DNA from: a virus
Lineage: Duplodnaviria; Caudoviricetes
DNA length: 45,108 bases
Virus record (IMG/VR): IMGVR_UViG_3300012942_000014
Coordinates: 1 to 45,108 of that record
Reading direction: 5' to 3' (one strand)
The notes beneath the pieces were generated by a model. It was not told the origin of the DNA. It did no database searches and saw nothing but the letters and a program-made list of their open reading frames with translations. The translations under genes were made by a program, and so were the position numbers. The number at the start of each line of letters is the position of its first letter. Position 1 is the stretch's first letter. Positions 5,514 through 14,866 of this stretch are shown one piece after another.

Positions 5514-6506
5514 TTATTTCTCTTTTGGGAGTGTGGCCTTAACTGCTTCTACAACCTTTTTACGGTCAGCAGCTGATAGGGTGTCCCAGAGAACATCTAC
5601 CACAATCCGACGACCCTGTTCAGTCAGGGCTCCGCTTGAATCGTGGAATCCTGACTCACGCAGGACCTTCTCGTCCTTTGATAGTGCTGCGTAACGTACT
5701 TTCTGTCGTAGTGTCATGCTTTCTTTGTCCATTAGTTTCTCCTTTTCCTGAGGTGCTTTCTCAGCATCCTCAAAATTATGTTTAGTTATGAATTTAGGTA
5801 AACGATAGTATATTCGTAGTTCCTCTGTATACGTATGTTTATGAGCAGGCATGAAATTCACCATCTTGTCATCAGGTGCATAAACTGGTTCTCTCTTGAG
5901 CTCATTAACTTTCTTAGCATAGATTTTACCGCTGAAAGATTTGACCCTATATGGAATGGTCGAACCCTTAAAGTACTCGACAACCCTGCCATATACTCCA
6001 GCTCCAGGACCATCAGTGATAACAACTTTTGTGCCCACCGGGTAAAGAATCTTTTTCTTGCGAGCAGGAACTTTATCGTCTGGCTCAACATCTCTCACGT
6101 CGATATACCATTTACTATGCAGAAAAGAACTTTCGTCCCTATTCTTAACGACGATTTCTTTATCTGACGCCCCGATAACCTCTTGGACTGTACCAACTAA
6201 GTAGTCCATGTAGCCATCAAGGTTCTTACTAGAGTGTTCTAGGCTCTTAATCTTAACCTTATCGCCAATTCTATACTTAGGCGTTGTTGGCACGCTCTTT
6301 TCAATCTGAACAAAACAGTTATCGGTAAAATAGAAACCGAGGGCTCCTAGTCGCCCCTTAACGTTGCGCAGCTCGTCTTTAGTGTAGGACCTACTTTTCC
6401 AGTCGCTCCCGGCAAACTTCGCCACGAGATGTGTAGGTATGCCAAGCAGGACGCCGTTTTGAACGCATTCTTCATTTACTTTGTACATCTTCCTCCTTCC
6501 TTTCAT
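5514..6506 (-). CDS. Hypothetical protein with two SH3/KOW-like segments
   Basis: KYRIGDKVKI and YPVGTKVVITDG segments; likely start MYKVN (6488). Confidence 0.6.
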   Translation of the reverse strand: MKGRRKMYKVNEECVQNGVLLGIPTHLVAKFAGSDWKSRSYTKDELRNVKGRLGALGFYFTDNCFVQIEKSVPTTPKYRIGDKVKIKSLEHSSKNLDGYMDYLVGTVQEVIGASDKEIVVKNRDESSFLHSKWYIDVRDVEPDDKVPARKKKILYPVGTKVVITDGPGAGVYGRVVEYFKGSTIPYRVKSFSGKIYAKKVNELKREPVYAPDDKMVNFMPAHKHTYTEELRIYYRLPKFITKHNFEDAEKAPQEKEKLMDKESMTLRQKVRYAALSKDEKVLRESGFHDSSGALTEQGRRIVVDVLWDTLSAADRKKVVEAVKATLPKEK

Positions 6507-6663
6507 TTAATAGTTTATGTCGTTTCAGTGCTCCAAGACGAGCTATCTCAATCCTTCGTTCTTTCGGTAAGCGAGCCAGCCCCTTAGGTACTTTAGCCCT
6601 GCCACCTCTAGATGAGACAGCCCATCTCTGCACCGGGGAGTATCCAGCAAAGCCTTTAGCCAT
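6472..6663 (-). CDS. Small basic KGG-repeat-like protein
   Basis: KGFAG...SSRGG / KGLA...RRIEIARLG duplicated motif. Confidence 0.55.
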   Translation of the reverse strand: MAKGFAGYSPVQRWAVSSRGGRAKVPKGLARLPKERRIEIARLGALKRHKLLNERKEEDVQSK

Positions 6664-7082
6664 TAGTAGGTTTGACTTTCCTTTAGCTCCATCTGTAGGA
6701 ATATTAGTCGGCTCTTTATAGCGTCAATGAGGTCGTGGATGTTCAATGATAATCCCACGAGCTTGTCCTCCAGCTTCTTAGCTTCTATATATTCTATATA
6801 TTCTTGTTGACACTTGGTGATTTTAAGTGACTCAGCATCACCTTGAGTTTTGCCTTCATCTCTTAATTCTTGGTAGCCTCTAGCTTTCTTGTCGGCCAGT
6901 TTCCTTTCGGCATCCCAAGATGCAGCCTTAGCCTCGGTGACGTATGCCCCTAAGCCTGCTTTATAAGAGGCTAGACGCACACAGACTCGGGATAATGTAT
7001 CACCAGTGTAATCTTCTATTTTGTGTTGATTTAGTTTACCTATCTCAATCACAAGGAGTTCTGCGAGTTCTTCTGCCGACAT
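6663..7082 (-). CDS. Helical/coiled-coil hypothetical protein (recombination-module position)
   Basis: 139-aa ORF, RBS GAGGT, coupled to neighbours. Confidence 0.6.
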   Translation of the reverse strand: MSAEELAELLVIEIGKLNQHKIEDYTGDTLSRVCVRLASYKAGLGAYVTEAKAASWDAERKLADKKARGYQELRDEGKTQGDAESLKITKCQQEYIEYIEAKKLEDKLVGLSLNIHDLIDAIKSRLIFLQMELKESQTY

Positions 7083-7092
7083 ATTCTACCTC

Positions 7093-7512
7093 TTAAAAAG
7101 GGATATCTGCGAGATTTACTGGTTCATCTAGGTCGGTATCCTCTGGTGGAAGATTATCCTTCTTCTTGATTGCCTTTTCTGCACCTACCTCTACGGCGAT
7201 AGCCTCTAGAAGTGAGATAACATATGGCATATCAATAAGATTACCTAGAGCTTTTTGCCCGCCACCGCCACCTGTGTATGACGGATTAACTTTCTTGAAC
7301 TTCATATAGCTTGTGCCATTGCGAGTTTGGACCTCGGTATGACCGAAGATTTCACTACCAACGACTGGCGCTGGGGTATCTGGCTTCTGCGTAAGCTGAA
7401 TCCAGTCCTCAATACCTTCGAGCTTGATGGCATAATCAGCCATCTCACCAAATGAACCTGTCCAGTTCTTCCGGTGCTGAGCTTCAAGAATCTTATAACT
7501 CTTATCGTTCAC
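7093..7512 (-). CDS. Putative single-stranded DNA-binding protein
   Basis: Acidic C-terminal tail ending LADIPF; next to exonuclease. Confidence 0.65.
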   Translation of the reverse strand: MNDKSYKILEAQHRKNWTGSFGEMADYAIKLEGIEDWIQLTQKPDTPAPVVGSEIFGHTEVQTRNGTSYMKFKKVNPSYTGGGGGQKALGNLIDMPYVISLLEAIAVEVGAEKAIKKKDNLPPEDTDLDEPVNLADIPF

Positions 7513-7527
7513 CTATGCTCCTTTCTT

Positions 7528-8460
7528 TTATTTAATTTCTGAACTAATATCAATGACCTCAGAAGAGTAGTACTTCCACTCGCCACCGCTCCAGTTGTAG
7601 ATATCTAAACCTTCAACTGTCCAGCCCATACCTTTTAAGATATACGCATAGAACGACAGCTGTAGCCAGTACGCTCCTAGAGTCGTATCAGCAATCTTAC
7701 CCTTGAATGGGGCTTTGATTGTTTCTTTCTTTTCAATATCAGGGTTCGTCTTGTAATCCTGTACACGGCAGATTTTATTCTTCTCGTCTACAATCAGCAA
7801 TCGGTCAATGAACCCACAGAGCTTATGCTCCTTATCTGCTACGAATAACTCATAACGAGCTTTTTCCTTATCTCGCCCTGCGAAGAACTTCTGCACAATT
7901 GGCTTAAGAATTTCATTCTTATGTAACGCAGACTCTGGTGTACCCTTAGTTGCAACAGATAACTCTAGGTACTTACCATAAAGCTCTAATGCATTGTGAA
8001 TCGCTGTCCCAAGTGAGGTACTGGCCTCGCCGTTAAGCTTCCACATAGATTTTACATCATAAGGGTTTACACCATACTTAGCTGCAAACTTGTCACCAAT
8101 AGAATCAGCATCGAATTTAGTCTTGTACTTGCTACAGAAAGCGCTACCGCTAAGGTATTCTGCACCCTCTTCATCAAAGTATTTATGCGCGTCCTCATCA
8201 AATAATAATTCGACACCGTTGTACACTGAGACCACTCTATCATAACTATTAGTCTGTGTTGTATCGAATTTTACTGGCTGAGATACGTTTAATTCCTTGC
8301 CTGGTTCACAGACACGGTTCCAAATTCGTTGCGTTTTATCTAAGGCGTCTTGTTCAGCTTCTTCGTAAGTACTACCAACACCTTCTACCTCAGGCTGCAT
8401 ATTAGCATACTGGCCGGTAGGAATCGTTGAGGTAATCTTGAGTCTTACTAATTCACTCAT
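7528..8460 (-). CDS. PD-(D/E)XK nuclease (Cas4/RecB-like exonuclease)
   Basis: GTAIHNALE, CGFIDRL, QDYKTN, YWLQLSFY. Confidence 0.85.
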   Translation of the reverse strand: MSELVRLKITSTIPTGQYANMQPEVEGVGSTYEEAEQDALDKTQRIWNRVCEPGKELNVSQPVKFDTTQTNSYDRVVSVYNGVELLFDEDAHKYFDEEGAEYLSGSAFCSKYKTKFDADSIGDKFAAKYGVNPYDVKSMWKLNGEASTSLGTAIHNALELYGKYLELSVATKGTPESALHKNEILKPIVQKFFAGRDKEKARYELFVADKEHKLCGFIDRLLIVDEKNKICRVQDYKTNPDIEKKETIKAPFKGKIADTTLGAYWLQLSFYAYILKGMGWTVEGLDIYNWSGGEWKYYSSEVIDISSEIK

Positions 8461-8585
8461 CTTTCACTCCTTTACTAGACAAAATCATCCCTGATACAAA
8501 AAGAATCAGAAATATTATCTCTATTATATTCATAAATTGTTAAAGTTCTTCCCCACTAAGCACATCGCTCAATGTTACTGTATAC

Positions 8586-8614
8586 AGTTTAGCACACATC
8601 AATACAAAAGTCAA
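8586..8614 (-). promoter_or_regulatory. sigma70-type promoter for recombination module
   Basis: TTGACT-17-TAAACT with TGn. Confidence 0.65.
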
Positions 8615-8619
8615 TAGTT

Positions 8620-8931
8620 TTATGGCATTTTGTTAGCTTTTCTTATAATAAGGATGCCTTTTTTGCCGTGGTCAACCATTCTTTGCGCCTCTACTATAGA
8701 GCGCCGTGTGTCTATTGAGTCTTCGTGTAATGGGATTGTTAAATGAACTGTTACTATGTCCCTATATTTATAAGGTTTCTGCATAACAAGGGTTAGTATC
8801 GGGCCTTCTTGTGGGGGATATTTAAGTCCCAGGCCATATACTCCGCCCAGTAAGTCCATCTGTCTATTTAGAACTTGATGCTTCTTTGATTTCCTGTTCG
8901 AGCTGCTCGTTGAACTTTTCCACTTGGTCAT
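8620..8931 (-). CDS. Hypothetical protein (true start probably downstream, MDLLGG)
   Basis: ORF in minus-strand operon. Confidence 0.45.
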   Translation of the reverse strand: MTKWKSSTSSSNRKSKKHQVLNRQMDLLGGVYGLGLKYPPQEGPILTLVMQKPYKYRDIVTVHLTIPLHEDSIDTRRSIVEAQRMVDHGKKGILIIRKANKMP

Positions 8932-9097
8932 TGAATTCTCCCTTGACTTTGTTCAAAAATCCCAGCTTTGTCATATCCTTGTCAAATGACAACTTCTGAT
9001 ATGTAAAATTAACATACATTGTGCTTAGGTGTAGAACATCCGATAGCTTCTTCAGTACGCTCAGTTTAATCTTTTCCAATATTACCTCCAGTTCCAT
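8864..9097 (-). CDS. Hypothetical protein
   Basis: 77-aa ORF in operon. Confidence 0.55.
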   Translation of the reverse strand: MELEVILEKIKLSVLKKLSDVLHLSTMYVNFTYQKLSFDKDMTKLGFLNKVKGEFNDQVEKFNEQLEQEIKEASSSK

Positions 9098-9155
9098 TTA
9101 TCGCATTCACTCATATCATCGGGGAATGCTGTCTTCTCTATCTGTTCGAGCAATG

Positions 9156-9248
9156 TCATCCCTTACCCCAGATAATTGTTACTACACCCAGGATTCCAAT
9201 TACTATCCAGAATGTAATCTGTACTGCTCTATCGGTTTTCTTTTCCAT
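9156..9248 (-). CDS. 30-aa single-TM peptide
   Basis: MEKKTDRAVQITFWIVIGILGVVTIIWGKG with AGGAGG RBS. Confidence 0.5.
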   Translation of the reverse strand: MEKKTDRAVQITFWIVIGILGVVTIIWGKG

Positions 9249-9624
9249 AGTCTACCTCCTTGATGTCTTCTATCTTATCTTTGTTAGCATGAATGAATAA
9301 TCTTCGTCTGTTATCTACATGATTCATAAATCTATCGTACTCTGCTGCGCTGCGTATATAGTATTTCCCGATATACTGTATCCACGGCGAAAACGGTATC
9401 GGGAAGGCTCCCTCAACCCACTTAGGATATTCATTCATGACCACTCCTTCCTTACTTGCTCTTAGCACTTTATTCACTGTGCCGGAGAGGAGCTGTTCGA
9501 TATCAAATTGCAAGTCATCGTAAAACTTACCGGTTGGGTATATTTCAAACTCGCCTGGATTATCTAACATCTCGCTAGTATGCTTGACGATTATCTCTCG
9601 TAGCTCTTGCCTTGTGTTAGTCAT
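9229..9624 (-). CDS. Hypothetical protein
   Basis: 131-aa ORF with RBS. Confidence 0.6.
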   Translation of the reverse strand: MTNTRQELREIIVKHTSEMLDNPGEFEIYPTGKFYDDLQFDIEQLLSGTVNKVLRASKEGVVMNEYPKWVEGAFPIPFSPWIQYIGKYYIRSAAEYDRFMNHVDNRRRLFIHANKDKIEDIKEVDYGKENR

Positions 9625-9967
9625 TTATCATGTGTCCTTTCCTTCTCCATTAGCCCCCCTTTTACTACCTAGTAAGATAGTAAAGTAAGGTTTATCGTAT
9701 AGCGCTATTGTGGGCGGAGCAGGACTACCAGGTTCTCTCCGCTTCTTTAAGATTTCGTCGGCGTTTATCTTAATACTAGGTACCGAGTCGTCAAGGGGGT
9801 AGACGTGGCTCGGGTTTCCCGACTGTACGATTCCAGTTTTTTAGGAGGTGAATCAGTGAACGACTCCTACAGCGCTAATTGTTAGATACCAAAAAAGTAC
9901 CTACGACCTTTTCATAGTACGTCCTGGTCATAGATACTTTTCCGCTGACGTACTATGGTCTATATCT

Positions 9968-9996
9968 AATATAGCACACTACGTCCCAAATGTCAA
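9968..9996 (-). promoter_or_regulatory. sigma70-type promoter preceding a ~330-nt structured leader
   Basis: TTGACA-17-TATATT with TGn. Confidence 0.75.
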
Positions 9997-10172
9997 TAGT
10001 ATTTTCATACTTTTTTATAAAACTGGGGAGACGCCCTTAGCTTGAGTAGCCTCGCTCATCTCCCCATCTCAGCAATACCCATAATAACGTGCTCTACGAC
10101 TGAGTTCACTATAAACGACTATAGCGTTGTTATTATGCCTCCTCACCGCTCCCCTAATGTATTGCTTGCTTG

Positions 10173-10733
10173 TTATTCTTTCAAAACTGGTACAGTTATG
10201 TACCTCTTATCAAAATTCGGTTTAAGCTGAGGTAACACCTCCTCGAACCTATTGTGCTTTGAACAGACCTTTATGAGTGTATCTGTCAATACTCTATGTC
10301 TATCTTCTGGTCGAGGCCCTAGGTCAATTCTTACATTCGTACTTCCTCTCTCCAGTGCATCTTGGTACTGCTTGAATCCCCCATTGGAGAAAAACGGTAC
10401 ATAAGAGATATCCCTAGTAGCTATGAACTCACTCCTGTGATGCACTAGGGATATGTCGTATACCCAAGTCTTGTTATAAGTTAAAACATCGAACCACTTT
10501 GTGTTCGGCCTAACCCTGACGAGGTTGTTTGAGCCCACGGCAGCGATACAGTTATCAGTCATAAGGTTCCAGATGTACCTGGTCCCGATGGGGTTTATCT
10601 TAACTAGGAATTGACCAGAACGACTAGAACCAGTCTGTGACAATGCGGTTCGCAGTGCTCTCTGGGCTTCCTTAAACTTCATCAATTTTCCTGAATCTGT
10701 CATGATTACCATACCTTCCCTCGGAGCCGTCAT
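10173..10733 (-). CDS. Hypothetical protein (amidoligase-cluster associated)
   Basis: 186-aa ORF co-oriented downstream of GATase. Confidence 0.55.
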   Translation of the reverse strand: MTAPREGMVIMTDSGKLMKFKEAQRALRTALSQTGSSRSGQFLVKINPIGTRYIWNLMTDNCIAAVGSNNLVRVRPNTKWFDVLTYNKTWVYDISLVHHRSEFIATRDISYVPFFSNGGFKQYQDALERGSTNVRIDLGPRPEDRHRVLTDTLIKVCSKHNRFEEVLPQLKPNFDKRYITVPVLKE

Positions 10734-11115
10734 ATGTTACAACCTTGCTCGTCTTTTTAACCCTTACTTTATAAAACTGGGACAATAGTTCCTTCGCTGC
10801 CTTAATCGCTTCTGTATCGTTAAATATGAAGTTAAAATTCTCGGCGTAGAGAATTATCTCACCAGACTTCCGAACCAGGGTTAGCATATGGATAACACTT
10901 CCCCTATAAGAGGCACCTATATACACGTCCCTAGTGTCCAGGAACCTGTCCCTCTGGTAGTTATGCTGGAACTCTGGGCGTTTCTGGAACACCGTAAAGA
11001 ATACGTATCCCATAACACCCCCTGGATTATCTAAGAACGGATTATCATACAGGTTCAGCTTCTTTAATGGGTGAAGCACCCCATAATACATAATCGTCTT
11101 GTAGTTCTTCTTCAT
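10672..11115 (-). CDS. Hypothetical protein (amidoligase-cluster associated)
   Basis: 147-aa ORF, AGGAGG RBS. Confidence 0.6.
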   Translation of the reverse strand: MKKNYKTIMYYGVLHPLKKLNLYDNPFLDNPGGVMGYVFFTVFQKRPEFQHNYQRDRFLDTRDVYIGASYRGSVIHMLTLVRKSGEIILYAENFNFIFNDTEAIKAAKELLSQFYKVRVKKTSKVVTYDGSEGRYGNHDRFRKIDEV

Positions 11116-11116
11116 A

Positions 11117-12247
11117 CTAACCTCCTAGAAGCGATGTCTGGCCAGGGAGAATGTCATCCCTTTTACAGGAATCACCACCAGTAGACCTCTGCTCAAGCTC
11201 ATCGGCTATATGCTCAAGCATCCTGACGTATGACTCAAGCTCATTGTAAGAGTCGATACAGCTCTCCATATCGTCTTCGTTGTCTGCTGGGATGCTCTCT
11301 ATGATGTCCTCGGCTCTTGTTAATATCTCCAAACCCTCTTCAGCCTCACCGATTGCGTTGATAGCTGCAGTTGCGTAATCACCGTCCGCTTCTTCAAGGA
11401 ACTGGTTTTTTACTGACTCGTAGCTTCCCTTTCGGATGTCGATATGCGGAACACTATTCTTGCTCCCAGATTCCAACTTTTTCGGTTCCGCTACTGCTTT
11501 TGGGCTTGGTTTGCTATACCAGCCTGGCTGATATCCCTTGCTTTGACGGTAGCTACCACCATAATACCCTGATGGAATTGTTAGTGGTCGCTTACGAATC
11601 TTCTTCGTGTCATAATCGAAGCTGTACAGTTGGTTGGGTTCAACCTGCTCACCTTCGCCTGTCGAAGAGATGGTGAGCGAGTTATCTGTCTTTTTCATCT
11701 TCAGTGGATTACCGTAATTACGACCAAAGAACAGCGTCACTGGCTTGCCAGCTTTATTCCGCTTAATCATAACGAATGCGATTGTTCCACGAGCCGTAAG
11801 TGAATCAACCTCACCTTCCATATAACGAGCAAGGTCATAGATAAGTGCCTCACTGTCGTTAAATCGGTCATCTGGCTGAACGCTTACATACTGGATGCCA
11901 CGCTCCTGATGTTGGATACGAAGTTCTGTTGGGTTAGTAACAACCCCATTGTGAACCCCGATGTACTCACTTTCAAAGTACTGTTTTGTCGAGAACGGGT
12001 GGCAAGCATTCCGTACATCTGGCGTGCTTGTGCTAAACCGATGATGAAATAGAATGTCTGAGCCCTTCTCTCTTTTTAGCAGTGTTTTAATCCTGCCCTC
12101 TTTTACGTTGTGACACAGCTTGTTGCTATCGGAGACATAAAAACCAAAACTGGTTGTGCCTCGTGAGCGCTGTGCTTCAAATCGTTTTAATACTGTCCCG
12201 GTAGAATCCATCCCTCGGAAGTTATTACTATACACGATACCACACAT
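11117..12247 (-). CDS. Class II (Ntn) glutamine amidotransferase
   Basis: N-terminal MCGIV, HHRFST, HPF, HNGVV, NDSE. Confidence 0.9.
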   Translation of the reverse strand: MCGIVYSNNFRGMDSTGTVLKRFEAQRSRGTTSFGFYVSDSNKLCHNVKEGRIKTLLKREKGSDILFHHRFSTSTPDVRNACHPFSTKQYFESEYIGVHNGVVTNPTELRIQHQERGIQYVSVQPDDRFNDSEALIYDLARYMEGEVDSLTARGTIAFVMIKRNKAGKPVTLFFGRNYGNPLKMKKTDNSLTISSTGEGEQVEPNQLYSFDYDTKKIRKRPLTIPSGYYGGSYRQSKGYQPGWYSKPSPKAVAEPKKLESGSKNSVPHIDIRKGSYESVKNQFLEEADGDYATAAINAIGEAEEGLEILTRAEDIIESIPADNEDDMESCIDSYNELESYVRMLEHIADELEQRSTGGDSCKRDDILPGQTSLLGG

Positions 12248-12258
12248 TTATTACCTCC

Positions 12259-13614
12259 TTAAACTGCTAGTCTCTTTGATATCCTACCAACAATAGCTGG
12301 CTTATTGTTTTCAATGTATTTCTTCTCATCAAGTTCTGGAACACGTAGTCCCATCGCCATCGCCTTCAACTGCTTATCTGAGTAATGTCCACCGGTTAGG
12401 CGTGCTTGAGCTCTGAGATTTTGGAGTCGGCCCTCTTCAGCCCGTGTTAGAGGCCCATCAACAGCTAGCTCGAATGACGAGATGTGCTCCTTGAAGAGCT
12501 TCTTGAGCTCCTTAACTTGTAGACTCTCTTTCTTCTTAACCTCAGCAATCGTAATTTTAACATTACGTGTCGTCTCAATCTCTTTAATCGTGAGCCCCTC
12601 TGGTTTAATCAGCGCAAACTGCTTGCGAATTACTCGAATCTGGTCTGATGTCCGCACGAACCTTCGTGTTGTCTTGCCCTCGAATATAGGGAACGTTACG
12701 TCCTGCTTCTCTACCTTTTTTGATGGGTCGGCATAAAACTCCAGTGCTTTATCAATCACACCAAGGAACTCAATTACAGCGGTTGGTCGGTCGTAACAGG
12801 TCTCGAATAGGCGGAATTCAAGCGCCCCGTTGAGAACGTGAATCGCTGAGTATTTCTGATTGCTAATCTGTGCTTCTCGGTAGTATAGTTTACGTGACTG
12901 TTTACCACTTGACGCTAATAGATACATAGCTGGCAACAGTTTAGCCACTTCGTTAGCAAAATTGTTGAGTTTACCGTTATCGAGTGAAGCACCTGTCACT
13001 GGGTATTTACCACCACAACCATCTACAAGAACTGCAATGTGCATACCAGCACCAGCTACATCTATGCCCTGGCCTGTCGCTTCCGATAGGTCCTTGAATG
13101 CCTGAATGAACTCGACGATATACTTACCGTCCTCCACTGGTAGTGTAAATGTCATCTCACTATCAACTGAGCCATCGTAATAAAACTTACAGAAGCTCAG
13201 TGCCTTGCGAGCCTTTTCTGACACGTGCTCAAGAATCCAGTCTCTACAGAAGTTCTCACTCCCATAGTTGCCGGTCACTTTCTCCGTATACCCTCTACCA
13301 CCACAGGTAGGGTGTAGTATGCTTCCCTCACCAACACATCTTGCGCAAATTCGTCGAGTGGTTGCGAATTCTGGAAGGTCATCCAGCTTCGACTTCATAG
13401 TCGCAGAGTTCTCTACCCGTGGTAGCAGGATATACCCCTTACTTCTACACGCAGGACAACTGATTCGCCCATTATTACAGCCTCTGACGGTGCAGGGTGT
13501 CCTCTCTCGGACGGTCTCGCATCGGCCTCGCCAGAGTTGTGCCTCCAGCTCCACCTTTAGATGTGAGAACCCCTTATTCTTTATCTGCTTTAGTATCTTT
13601 TCCGCTGACTTCAT
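12259..13614 (-). CDS. Putative amidoligase (COOH-NH2 ligase) with DnaJ-like Zn-finger insert
   Basis: VELE, YDGSVDSEMT, AGMHI, KYSAI, LEFRLF; CxxCxxxG repeats; start MKSAEK after AGGAGG. Confidence 0.75.
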   Translation of the reverse strand: MKSAEKILKQIKNKGFSHLKVELEAQLWRGRCETVRERTPCTVRGCNNGRISCPACRSKGYILLPRVENSATMKSKLDDLPEFATTRRICARCVGEGSILHPTCGGRGYTEKVTGNYGSENFCRDWILEHVSEKARKALSFCKFYYDGSVDSEMTFTLPVEDGKYIVEFIQAFKDLSEATGQGIDVAGAGMHIAVLVDGCGGKYPVTGASLDNGKLNNFANEVAKLLPAMYLLASSGKQSRKLYYREAQISNQKYSAIHVLNGALEFRLFETCYDRPTAVIEFLGVIDKALEFYADPSKKVEKQDVTFPIFEGKTTRRFVRTSDQIRVIRKQFALIKPEGLTIKEIETTRNVKITIAEVKKKESLQVKELKKLFKEHISSFELAVDGPLTRAEEGRLQNLRAQARLTGGHYSDKQLKAMAMGLRVPELDEKKYIENNKPAIVGRISKRLAV

Positions 13615-13999
13615 TCTTTGCTTCCTCCTGAGCCTTCCTGTGCTCATCAAAAAGTTCCTTGTTCTGAACATACACGTAGACAATCTTATCGCCCACTTTA
13701 ATCTGCTCACGCTTGTACCAAGCACCCTCGTACCTATCTGTTGCTTGTAGTTGTTCATCAGTGAGGGCGTACACTTTACCGGCTACCGTCTCTCCAAACT
13801 TCTTAACAACATAGAAGATATTACTATCGTAACTATGTAGCTCGTAATCTGGTAATGTCGTTACAACGCCACTCATAGCCTCACCCCATAGATGTTGCTG
13901 TACTGGGTGAAGATTCAATGTCCCATAACAGAATACGTTGGTTTTGCTCTCGTACTTCTTGGTCGGCTGGTTATCCTGCCATTTTTTATGCTTACCCAT
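13574..13999 (-). CDS. Gamma-glutamylcyclotransferase (AIG2-like)
   Basis: VFCYGTL, VAGKVY, TDRYEG..YKR. Confidence 0.88.
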   Translation of the reverse strand: MGKHKKWQDNQPTKKYESKTNVFCYGTLNLHPVQQHLWGEAMSGVVTTLPDYELHSYDSNIFYVVKKFGETVAGKVYALTDEQLQATDRYEGAWYKREQIKVGDKIVYVYVQNKELFDEHRKAQEEAKNEVSGKDTKADKE

Positions 14000-14144
14000 T
14001 GTGGTCGTTAAAACTCCTCACTTCGTTGAAGATATCCACCTCATCGGCATTACCGTTGAGAATGTCTAGTAGCAGTCCTACTGTATCCTCTCGTTCAGGA
14101 TAGTTCTCCTGGAGGTAGTCCTCTAATTCTTTATATTCTAACAT
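13992..14144 (-). CDS. 50-aa acidic hypothetical protein
   Basis: MLEYKELEDYLQENYPERED..., AAAGGAG RBS. Confidence 0.55.
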   Translation of the reverse strand: MLEYKELEDYLQENYPEREDTVGLLLDILNGNADEVDIFNEVRSFNDHNG

Positions 14145-14366
14145 TCTACTCCTTTCGACTAGAGTTATTATTGTTCCTGTTATAAAGAGCAGGTTGCGTT
14201 GTGCAAGGTCTAGTTCGCCATTTATTCAGTAGCAGGGGCGAATCCACGCTATATGTAAAACATATTTCATACCATCTCAGGTAATCGTCAGGCGTTTTAT
14301 TGCTACTCCAGATGTTCCTATGTCAACCTTGCTGAGGAACCAACGTAATCTACTCTCTATAGGCTG

Positions 14367-14483
14367 TATATAGCCAGTAGAACAGATGTGCAAAACATAG
14401 TTGCCTCGAGTCGAACGAGGCTCCGTACCCGCACTCACTATGCCACCCAGTTGCATCTAGGCATCTGCTCTACCAGCCATATA
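14367..14483 (-). ncRNA. Structured RNA with tRNA-type T-arm inside a 22-bp closing stem
   Basis: 22/22 pairs incl. 4 G.U on the minus strand; GCCTCG-TTCGACT-CGAGGC hairpin. Confidence 0.6.
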
Positions 14484-14581
14484 AGACTGGTACTCATAAA
14501 TCTCTCTTGGTTCCGGCTGTCGTTGTTTCCCTAAGGGGTAGACGCATTTCACTAGTCCTACATTTCTTCTAGCACCATCTA

Positions 14582-14866
14582 TTACTTAATTACAATCTCA
14601 CAAACAGTATCTACTTTACCAGTATAACTATTTTGTATACCTACTACTTCATCACACTTGTCTACACTAACTACATTTAAACTACTACATATAAGGTAAA
14701 TAGATAATAGTATAAACATTAGTAATAGTACCGTAGCGAAAAACGTCGTGTGAGGTACCTGAGAGCCTCTGTATGGCATTCTAGGCGTAAAAATGTATTC
14801 CTGCCCATTCCGCACTGGTACACGCCTCGGCCGATTATAATACTGACCAATATCAATCTTCATCAT
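14582..14866 (-). CDS. Membrane-anchored hypothetical protein
   Basis: One TM helix, two Cys. Confidence 0.6.
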   Translation of the reverse strand: MMKIDIGQYYNRPRRVPVRNGQEYIFTPRMPYRGSQVPHTTFFATVLLLMFILLSIYLICSSLNVVSVDKCDEVVGIQNSYTGKVDTVCEIVIK

